From positions 9,796,001-9,860,000 of the forward strand of contig OZ059894.1 of the NCBI GenBank assembly GCA_964057225.1: 64,000 nucleotides of DNA. Reading direction: 5' to 3'. Of the stretch, positions 13,680 to 24,201 are shown piece after piece (the stretch's first letter is position 1; each line of letters begins with the position of its first letter). The notes under the pieces were generated by a model that was given only the letters and a program-made list of their open reading frames with translations, searched no databases and was not told the origin of the DNA. The translations under genes and the position numbers were made by a program. The DNA comes from Auanema rhodensis. Taxonomy: Eukaryota; Animalia; Nematoda.

Positions 13680-14121
13680 TTAGTCTTTCAATGAATCTCT
13701 TTCATGATCTCATTTTATAACTTTCATTCCATGTTAATTTTATATTTTCATTCTCATAATTAATATTACCCAATTGCTCACTAAAACCTAATGACAAATA
13801 TTCTTATCTCGCTGGTATCGAGAGGTTTATTTATTAATCATGTCAAGTTGTTGCACAATGTGTTCTCAATTTAATTGAGTATAAATATTTTTTTTTTTCA
13901 AATGCTATTTTTTGTTATTTTATATATTTAATGATGGTTTCTGTATCAATATTTAGAGTAAGCTTGGTCAATTACTTCAATTCTAATGAGACCTGTTTAT
14001 TGACCTATAATTTGTTGTCTATGTGAGATTCAACCCATACAACTTTATAATCATAAGCTTTTGGTATAGTTGCCCACTTCCAAAATGCTTCGTATAGAAA
14101 AATCATACTAACACATGCATG

Positions 14122-14194
14122 GCCTCGATAGCTCAGTTGGGAGAGCGTTAGACTGAAGATCTAAAGGTCACCAGTTCGATCCTGGTTCGGGGCA
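14122..14194 (+). tRNA. tRNA-Phe (GAA)
   Basis: GCCTCGATAGCTCAGTTGGGAGAGCGTTAGACTGAAGATCTAAAGGTCACCAGTTCGATCCTGGTTCGGGGCA forms a 73-nt cloverleaf with A and B boxes and a GAA anticodon. A TTTT Pol III terminator follows at ~14199. Confidence 0.98.
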
Positions 14195-14481
14195 ACTCTT
14201 TTGCATTCAAGGAATCATATCAATAACGCTGAAGTTCAATGTTTTTGTTCATCTTAGACTCTTTTTTTCCTACGAAACAAAGAACGTTACAATCCACTCT
14301 CTTCCAGATCATAAAATATAGTGATTCAGCATTGTCTCTCGACTTTTAAGTTTTACGTTCGCAAACAGTGTTATCGGCGCTGCATGCTCAGTGTAATTTT
14401 TACCAATTATAGTTTCATACGACCTGCTCTGCCACTTTTCTGCTTTTTCACATTTTCTATGAGCTTTCGCTATTATATTCA

Positions 14482-15932
14482 ATGACTGACAATAATGGTT
14501 TTGAATCTACTGAAAATCCGAGAGAAACAATTGTACCTGTAACAACAGAAGATGTTGAAATTCCATCTAATTCGAATAGAGAACGAAAGCCTTTCCAGAA
14601 AGCAACGTGAGCATTTTACCTTCGTATCAGATTTTTAAACATTCAAAAACTAATATTTAGTTCCATTCTTATGGAGACTTTGGAAACAGCTCCTGAAAGA
14701 TGTTGCTCTTGGAATCGTTTGATAGACATATTTGGAAACAGACAAGGAAATTTTATCACCGAATTAAGACCTCTTAGAACTGCTTTAACCATGGTAATTC
14801 AAAGATAATGCTGATACTTTTTTCTTGTGTCACGTTTCAAGCTGAGCTTAGATTGGTGACAGTCACTTCAAATTCATTTTTTAGTTAAGCCTTACTTAAG
14901 CCAGTTGCTGATCATAACTTTATGAAAAATCCTAGTTCCTATAACATTCAGTTTTTCAGACTCAGCAACAGTTAACGATATTCACAGCTGACTTGGAGCG
15001 AAATAATGAGAGCGAAGAATTGATCAGAGTTACAGCCGAATCAGTGCGTTCATCAGCTGTATGTTTAACGAAGATAATAAGTATGATGTTATTTGATTAA
15101 TTCAAATAATTTTGTTTATATTTCAGCATCATATACACTGAATATACCACCGGAAGAAAATGCTATGTTTAGACAATTATCATATGATTTGTGCAAGTTA
15201 TATTCGGTAATAGCATCGGTAAGCATATGCATATAAGCAGCATGAGTAATGTAATTGAATTAAGCTTCTTGGTCCTAAAGAGCGTATTCCTTCGGTAGTA
15301 ACATCTAATTCGAATCAGCTTGAAGTATGTATTGATATCATATTATAATCAATATATATCTTTATAGGAAATACATATCGATGATAGAGGGCGATTCTTT
15401 CGTGATACTGGTTCAGGTGGAAAGTCCTTCGAAGATGAGGTTAAAATGAATCGTTTCGGATATCATTCTCAGGATATTCAGAATTCTCTACGTGAAAGAG
15501 TGTCACGAAATGCTCTTAATATAGAAAAGATCATCAAATACATTGACATCAAAACAGAACGAAGATGGTGGTTACGAGATGTATTAAATTTTTCAAAAGT
15601 AATATTGAACTCGAATTTACTTTTTACTATATCTTTGAAATTTCTTTCAGTTATTCTTGAAACTGGCATTATTTGTTTCTGCCGCTATCACGGTAATAGA
15701 TCATCAAAAGGATACGGCTCCAGTAATAACTCTGTCACTCACTATCATTCAAGTATGTAACCCGAATAGCCCGCATAACTACATACATATATGCATATAT
15801 AACTTATTGAAATGATATCACTTTTAGGGTATTGTCGAAATGCTGGATCAATACTTCTTGAAACATACGAAGCCGGAAGACCTGAAGATAACGGCTGTTA
15901 GCACACTGTCAGCAATGGATAAAGTATTATAA
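14482..15932 (+). CDS. Uncharacterised protein with two C-terminal hydrophobic segments (~8 exons)
   Basis: Exons join as MTDNNGFESTENPRE...SILMETLETAPERCCSWNRL...EIHIDDRGRFFRDTGSGG...ERRWWLRD/LFLKLALFVSAAITVID...LSLTIIQ/GIVEMLDQYFLKH...MDKVL*. One junction (~15058-15127) needs a weaker donor or exon skipping to stay in frame. Confidence 0.7.
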
Positions 15933-16387
15933 GATTGATATAACACTGCACTCCTTACAGAGCTTCACAAGCCCAAATCGCACGAATTGCTTGATCGAAA
16001 GCTGTCATTTTATTTTATTTTTCATATAATAGTCAATGACATCATTATAGACTATTTGCTAATTTGAACCGTCATGCCCTGAGAAAATGGCATGTTATTG
16101 CCCAACATACACTTATGATCTAATTAGATAGGCTTAATATTCTCGACTTTGTCAAATGTCTGAGTGACCCAATGTGTTTTTGTCTCGTTTCTCTTTCCCG
16201 GGGTCGATGTGTTTTAAAATCCTTCGTCTTTCCACCATCGGTCACGTTCTCGCACATCTAGTGGCTGCTACTCTTGTCTCGTCACACTTCCTCTTAGCTT
16301 AGATCCAGTTCGTTGTTGGTTGGTACTCTTAACTGTATTAGCTGTGACCTGAATTCTTCAAGTGAGTTCCTAATGGAATTAACCGAC

Positions 16388-16395
16388 TATATAAG
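16388..16395 (+). promoter_or_regulatory. TATA box of the Pro-rich peptide gene
   Basis: TATATAAG ~35-40 nt upstream of the ATG at 16427. Confidence 0.5.
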
Positions 16396-16426
16396 CAGAG
16401 CATGAGTAATGAGAACCTTAGCAGAC

Positions 16427-16893
16427 ATGCTTGTCGCACTCCTGCTCATTGCGACATCAGTCGTTTCAGGGCAGATGATGTACGGAGGATGCGGTTGCGG
16501 GTATGTTGTCCAATCCCTTTTGTGTCTCTGACGCTATTTTCACTTGAATATACAGTGTTTCCAGTATGATGGGATGTGGCTGTGGCCAGCCCACAATCAT
16601 CATACAACAGCCGCCAGTATCTCCTATTGCTCCAATGATGTCCGCACCACCTCCACCTCAACTACCTCCTCCGCCTCCACCACCACCACAAACCATGCCC
16701 ATGTCAATGCCCATGTCGATGTCCATGCCTATGCCGGTAAGTCCGAAAAGGTTGCAACTAACATGTTGCGCTTCAGATGTACCAATCATACATGTCACCA
16801 CAACCCCCACCTATTCCACCACCTCCACCACCACAAGTCATGATGGGTCCACCACCGCCTATGCAAATGGGTGGGTATGCGTACGGGAAGTAA
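16427..16893 (+). CDS. Small secreted Pro/Met-rich protein with GCGCG motifs and C-terminal Gly-Lys (3 exons: ~16427-16500, 16565-16736, 16777-16893)
   Basis: Signal peptide MLVALLLIATSVVSG, then QMMYGGCGCG-MMGCGCGQP, polyproline tracts and MPMSMPMSMSMPMP, ending MQMGGYAYGK*. AATAAA lies at 16951. Confidence 0.8.
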
Positions 16894-17097
16894 TTATTTG
16901 ACTTTTTTTTCTAGAATAATGATATTGTTGTTATTTTAATGATTCAAATCAATAAATTCATTTCATAACAATCTCACTCTCAACAAAAAAACAAGTAACA
17001 ACAGAAGAGAACTGACTATAAAAATTGTTTGGAACATTTTGAAACAAATTTACATAGTTTGCGAGAACAAACTTAATTAAGATTTAAAAGTTCTATA

Positions 17098-19728
17098 TCA
17101 CACACGAACATCGATGCTTTCTAAAGTGGGACTCTTTTCGGAAAATTGTCTATAGGCTTTATTAATAGCTGTTTTAATTGCATGCATTGAATGAGGTTTT
17201 ACAACACATCTGAAACGTTGGAATTCGACAAAAAGCCTAAGACTAGTACTAACCTAGCTGTATTTTTTCCGTCAAATGGTTCTTCAAGGTACATCTGATA
17301 ATGATGCGTGTCTGCTGACATATTTACCCTAAAACTCAAACTTTATAAGCGAATTCTGATAAACACAAATACCTCGAGAAACGTTTACCATTTCGTATTG
17401 ATATAGCATAAGTTGCAAAGTCAAAACTATGATAATAATGAAAAAATCCTATTAGCAACTCGGAAACTTTAGCATTGTTTAAAGGGCGTTCTAAATAAAG
17501 AGAAGAAAACGATTGAGCTAAAATGAAAACTGTTTACCAGGAATCCCAATAAGTTCTTGATATAAATCAAGTTTCGATAAAGGAGGCATATCAGCAAATC
17601 TTTTGGGAAATAAATACTGAAATAGAACATATTCAGTGTCATATATAAGTTAGCTGAGAACTTGTAGATTAGGAAGAACCGCAGGTCTTACTCCACATTG
17701 TAAATAATGTAGAACAAGCAGAATAAGGGAATAACTGAAAAACATTAGAGATACAAATGAGCAAAGGAATGGCTCTTCTACCTGTTTAGGGTGCCGTTCA
17801 TTGGGTCATTAACATTATTAGTAATAGCCCAATGCTTAATTAATAAGGCAAGGGAAGGAAAACGAGTATCAAATCTTAAAATAAATAAAACACATAGAGT
17901 TAGTAGAGAATACGACTCACTTAGAATAATAATGGATCAAATGAGAATTATAGATTCCAGCAATATTGTTAACATTGATATCCAGATCAAGTTCTTCATA
18001 CGGATGGTTCATTTCTACTTTAATAATTGGAACCTAGAAAATGATGAATTTCTTATTATTCAAAATATTATCCCACCTTTGCGGGAACAAAGTCAGAACG
18101 CTTAACTATCTTTTTCAAACTATGTTTATTAGCCATTGCTCCATTAATTTTCCTAAGAACTTTAATAGCCGCACTATAAAGCGATAATAACAATTGAAAC
18201 AAATTTTATAGGAATACCTTCGATCAGCAGAAAAATCTTCAGTTGTTCCTTCTCTTGGTATACATAAGCAAAGATCCATATCCGAGTTATAACTACCACA
18301 TCCATTTACAGTTGAACCAACAGCAAACATTTGAATTTGTTTACGAGGAAAAAGCTATATATTGCAATCATGTATAGAGCAACAAAGAATATATTCAACC
18401 TGATTGAAATGATCAAGGAGTAACTCTCTGACTTGCATTTTCCAAGCGTAAACCTGTGAGGACTAAAGCTCAAATAGTTAAAAAGTAAAGTATTAAAAGC
18501 ATTCAACCTGTCCGTTTCTATAATAATGAGTCCAAATCTTTTTGTCCAACTTTTCCACGGCATCTTTATGTCTATTGATAAGAAATTTAATTATTCCAAA
18601 CACTATGTGTTCTTACTTGGCTATATATTTTCCTACTTTATCTTCAAGATCAGGGGAAGCACAAAACTCAACACCTATCAAATTTCGTTCAAAATCCAAG
18701 GGTAAACTATTATCCTTGCACCACTCGGCAAAATTTTGCTTCCCTTTAAAAAAGATTAATCAGATCTACAATAATTTAGAATACCTCCAAAAAAATCTTT
18801 GGGGTTCAATGAAGCCCAAGCTTCTAAGCATTGTTCGGGATTTTGTTCTCTTTTAGGAGAACAACTGACATTTAAAGATAAATCACCTGTGTCATCCAAG
18901 CAAATTATTTCATCGTCATCAGCCACTCTCAAAGTAGCTGAAATCAAATAAGTAAAGAAAAATAGTAGATGAACGCATTACTTCCAATATCAGTTTTTCT
19001 TTTTTTCTTGTCGTTATCATCACTGACGGAATCAGAATGCTTTCTTTTTTGACTAGTAGAAGGTTGCATGAATCCTTGATCTTTTCTTTTAAGGGCAGCT
19101 TTAACTCTAACTTTCAATGACCTAGCAAGAGATTTGACATAGGGATGACCTTCATCTTTTGCCTACAAAATAAAAATATATATTGATTGTTGATTAAACT
19201 ACTAATATATATATATAAATATATACATTTTTCAGTTCCTCATATGCAGAAACACTCAAATATTTTTCGATGAATTGAAAAACATTAACTATTTCTATTA
19301 TTTCAGCCGTTGCGTGCGACTGAAAAGATAATAATTGAAACAAAAAGATCAAAACTATCATACCCATTTAGTTCTGATAACTTTTACTGATTCCTTTGTA
19401 ATATAACCATTTTCTAGAAACGAAAGGAAATTAAAAGCTAAATTAGCATCTGCAGCTCTACAAAATATACACTATAGCTTTGAGGTAGAGGAATTAAATT
19501 TTACTCATGATTTTGCCCTTCTCCTTTAACGCCAATAACACTATAAGGTATTCCTTGGAAACCGCAAGTAACTTCGAATAAACCAGCTGTTAAGAGAATA
19601 TGAATTTAGTGATAAAGCGATAATATACCTTCTCTCCTTGTGCGTTTAAAGACTGGCATACGGCCCCATTGTTTACCTATTTCTTTTATGAACTGCATTT
19701 TAAATTCTCTAAATTCGAAAAACGCCAT
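17098..19728 (-). CDS. GLD-2/Cid1-family non-canonical nucleotidyltransferase (poly(A) polymerase-like, possibly gldr-2-related) with N-terminal dsRBD-like domain
   Basis: Catalytic motif VGSTVNGCGSYNSDMDLCL (~18260-18320), third Asp in ELDLDINVNNIAGIYNSHLI, LLIKHWA, GTLNSYSLILLVLHYLQCG and PAP-associated YLEEPFDGKNTARCV. The N-terminal exon chain was traced in frame from ATG 19728 to the catalytic core; TGA is at 17098-17100. Confidence 0.9.
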
Positions 19729-20185
19729 TATGAAAAAAATATTACACATACAATTTCTCCATGTCGCCTAGCTGTGACATTTCATGCAGCCTTGATTTTC
19801 TTCGAGCATTTTTGCCCTTTCCCATCCTATCAACAAACGTATTGGAAAAGTGTAACATAAATATTTAGATAATTGTTAAATCTAGGTTTACCACTCAAAC
19901 CACTTTACATAGAAAATATTAAGAAATACTATCCACTTTTTTAGAAAAAGATGCTTTAAACATGGAAAAAAGTTAAGATACTTAGCATTAGAGCACGAAT
20001 TCCACAAATGAAATAATTGAAGCTGGTTGATGTTTCATAACATATACATTATCGATTTCTATTGAAATAGTGATTTTAAAGTGTCATATTGTTTTGCTAA
20101 TAATTATACAATATTGCTTAATTTTATTTTACTACTAATTATTATTTATAAATAAATTATTCAACACAAATAAAACTTGAACGAA

Positions 20186-23100
20186 ATGGACATGGAAAAA
20201 CAATCATTTTCTCTTATGAAGGTTTTCTAATACTATAATATTTGAATTCATTGCCATTTTCAGAGACCAAATAAAGGTGAAATTGGTAAACCAATTAATG
20301 CTCTAGTCAACTACTTCACATTTTCTAAACATATATTAAACAGAGAAGTATGTTAGTTGACATAAATATCGTTATCATTTTACTCCAGGTATTTGAATAT
20401 GAAGTTAGAATTTTTAAAATTGATGAGAGAAGGCCAAAAGGAAAAAGTCAGCAAGGGGTTCAACCTGTGGAAAAAGATATTACTAATAAGTAAAAAAAGT
20501 TTCATTGAAACATTTACCACCAAGCTATAGGACACTTCGTTCCTCCATTTTTTGGGACTTAGTGGAGTTCGAAAAGCTAAGGTTTTATGCATTTGACGAT
20601 TGGAATACCGCGTTTTCTTCCAAAGACTATACAGATTATATTCAACTCACAAAAGTTATTGAAGCCCCACCTAATATGCGAAATGTAACGGTTAAATCAA
20701 AGAAACCTGTGATCATTCTCTGATTCAGAAATGTGAAAGTAGATTTCGGGTACAAATGAAGAAGATAAATCAATATAAAATTAATTTAATTCATCAAGAT
20801 CCAGGAATAGCACAACGTTCCGAATTAGCATTGAAATGTTTTATCACACAGGGCGTGAGATACCCATATAATAAGAATAGGTTGAATATCAGAATGAAAA
20901 ATATAATTAAAGTATTTTCAGTACCAACTTTTGCTATTACAATGGTTCTATATATCCGATTCCTCGTACAGAGGCTGACGGCTGGAAAGTATATATTTTT
21001 TTATTTAATTTTTCAAGAGAGTTTCATTCTGTTCAGGTCAAAATATTCGATAATATTGAAGCATGGTTGGGGTTGTATGCCGGTGTTCGAACTATTGAAA
21101 ACTTTGACACAGTTGTTAGCTTCAGAAGTACGGATAAGGAAAAAACTTGCGTCTAAAAAATGATTTCAGTCACTCACAAGCTGTTTGAAATGATGAACAT
21201 TGATTTAGTAACTTTTTTTGTGGAAGTATTAAATACGGTAATGACTAGAATGCTTTAACATGTTTAGATTTTCTTTTTATAGATAGATGAACGTGAGAAA
21301 GATTGGAGGTGCAAAATTCCAAACATGACTATTAAACCTTTGGAACGCAGCCGTTTTACTGAAGCTGTGAAGGGCTGTCGCGTTAAAGCTTTCAAAGAGT
21401 TTGGAGCGTTAATGTTTGATAAAGAAAGACGCCCATTCTTAGCTGAAAGGCATTTCAAAGTGGACGATATTATAGGTATGTTTTATATTTATATTTTCCA
21501 CGCAAATTTTTTCGTTCTCAGAAGAAACAGCTAATAATTTTTTTGTGCATGGTAAATGTATTGCCGAATGGTATTATATACTTTATAAAGAGTTGAAGTT
21601 GGTAATTATTATGTAAATTTAAAAATATATTCAATTAGATATCCCAATCTACAATTAGCGAAAGTAAAATATGGAAAAACGGGTGTATCTTACATTCCAT
21701 TAGAGGTTTGCTTGTCAATTCAAATTTATAGTATTTGTTAATATTGAAGGTTCTGTTTACATATGATACTCCAGAAAGATATCGCAAAAATTTTCCATAC
21801 TTCTTTAGTAAACAACAATATATCAGGGTTTCACTTTTATTGATTATTATTTTATTAAAATAAATTCAGAAAGTTAGTCATAAACCGTCGGAGTATGCCA
21901 GATTATTACATGATACAATTGACAAAATTAATGAATCATCAAAGTTTATGGAAACCGATAGTGTAAGATTTATTTTCTAAGCAATCTTCAGCTTGTTTTG
22001 AACATTTTTAGCCTCAAATAGTTCCTGAATTAATGAAAGTGACTGGACGAATCCTCCCACCTCCTAAACTTCGAGACACCGTCTGTTGTTAGCATGTATA
22101 CCATTTACATTAAGAAAATGTTTTAGAATGGGAGGATTCTTGATATTTATGCTGATGGTCGATATCGCTCTTTGGCTTTGAACGGTTCTCTAGCAGTCTT
22201 TAATTTGGAAAACAGTTAATCAGATTTCAGAGTGTCCTCAACTTCCGGTAGAGTTTTCAGTCCTGATACACTATTTTCAAAAGGGCAGTAGGAGCAATCT
22301 CGCTTCTGTATCTAATGATGATGCTAGGTTAAATTCTATCTATTTCTTCATTTTATTCTCATTCTTAGAATTTTTTTCAATAGCTTGATCGCTTGCCTGA
22401 AAGAACGTGGCTTAACGTTAAACGACGATTTGCCTCAAGTCTATAAGGTAATGAAAATCACACCGATAACTTGAAAAAACTTTTTCTATTTTAGACGTTC
22501 AAACCAAATATTCCAGCAGAAAGAGGAAAATATGGAGAATTTTGTGACATAGAAACGGTTTCACGTTAATCTTTTTATTAATTACAAAGTTTATTAAGGC
22601 CGTCGAAAATCAAATTCATAGTTGGTGTAACAGATATGGTCCAGAATTTCGCAGTAAAATTTCTCCAATATTTCTAATTTTTATCTCAAACGTAGCTGAT
22701 GAGAATATTTATGGTGAATGTATACTGCTAGAAAACTTATAATGATACATTTTTTCCAGGATTTATTAAATTACTCCTTGATAATAAATATGGAATAGTT
22801 AGCCAAGTTGTGGAAAGAACCGTGGTTTCGCAAGCTTTAAAAACCATCACTGAATCAAAGTTATAAGGATGTATTACATAATTCTAAGTTTCTGATATTT
22901 TCAGGTCAATTTTTTATAATATAGCTCTGAAAATTAATTCAAAATTGGGTGGCCTGAACATAACTGCTGACCTTCCAAAAATACAAGATCTTGAACCAGA
23001 TAAACCTAAGTAATTCTAGTGAATTTGAAAACTTTGATATGTATATTCTTTAGTGAAATAATGTATATTGGGATAGATGTTACCCATCCACCTCCAATTG

Positions 23101-24201
23101 ACAGTAATGCAACTACCGACACACAGAATATGGATATATCCTTAGCTGCAATGGTTGGAAGCATAGATTCTTCGGGAACAAGGTAAAATGTTTCAAAAAA
23201 CAGGAAAAATACGATATTAACAGATATGTATATGAACCTTATGCTCAAATGCAAATGAAAGAGCAGGTTGAGTGCTTTGATAATCAATTTCAAAGATTAA
23301 TGTTCAAATTTCACGATGTAAGTCTTGTTTTTGGTATAAATTGCTATCTTTATCTCAGGTGAATAAATGCTTCCCCAAACATATTGTTATATATCGAGAT
23401 GGAGTAAGTAATAGCCAGCTTTTGGAAACAGCTTCAACTGAGCTACATTGGATAAAGTAGGAATATAGCTGTCCGTACTGTCTTTAATTGAGTTTTCAGA
23501 AAATCTTGGAAGCAGATTCAAAGAGGATATGACGAAATTGAAATGCCTATGTTCACTTACATCGTTGTTCAAAAACGTCATCAAACAAGATACTTCATGC
23601 CATCTAAATCAAATGGGGAGCTAGTGAATATTCCTTTCGGAAGTGTTTTTGATTCCAACGTGGTTTCACCTGTATTATTCGATTTTTGGCTTTGTGCTCA
23701 TCAAGCGAAAGAAAATGTTAGATTTCTGAAAGCTGTCTCCAAAATTAATTTCTTATCCTTTAAGTCTACGGCAAGACCTATCCACTACATTGTTGCTTAT
23801 GATGACAGAAATCTCACGTCTGATGAAATATATGTGAGTAATCCTACTCAAATTAACCTTTCTATATTCTATTTAGGAGATGACCTATCGTCTCTGCTTT
23901 CTGAATGCTCGTTGTAGAGGAGCAATATCGCTACCTTCTCCCATACACTATGCGAATTTGGTATGCTTAAAGCTAAAGGACAAGTATAAAGCTTTGATGA
24001 GGTTTAACATTTTTTTTTCAAAATTTTATACTTTTTTTGGTCCTCTTGGGGGGGGGTGTACCAAACAAATCAACCAATTAAAACTAATATATCGATTTTT
24101 TCAGAAATGAAGAAGTTTTCCCAAATCTTATTGAACAAAAGGCGCTTATTGAAGATCATTTAAAGAGACACGATGAGTATCCGGGAATGTGCTTTACATG
24201 A
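20186..24201 (+). CDS. rde-1: Argonaute, RDE-1-like (N, PAZ, MID, PIWI; ~28 exons, apparently intact)
   Basis: N-terminal RPNKGEIGKPINALVNYF, PAZ KYPNLQLAKVKYGKTGVSYIPLE, MID IYGFIK..SQ..SIFYNIALKINSKLGGLN, and PIWI MYIGIDVTHP, HIVIYRDGVS, VVQKRH, TARPIHY, MTYRLCFLNARCRGAISLPSPIHYANL. The C-terminus YPGMCFT* resembles RDE-1 YPGMSFA. The Argonaute call is firm; strict rde-1 orthology is less certain. Confidence 0.9.

Noticed and set aside
17098-19728. Calling the transferase mut-2/rde-3 because it is next to rde-1
   Set aside because: The catalytic and recognition motifs (GSTVNGCGSYNSDMDLCL, EEPFDGKNTAR) are GLD-2-like rather than MUT-2-like.
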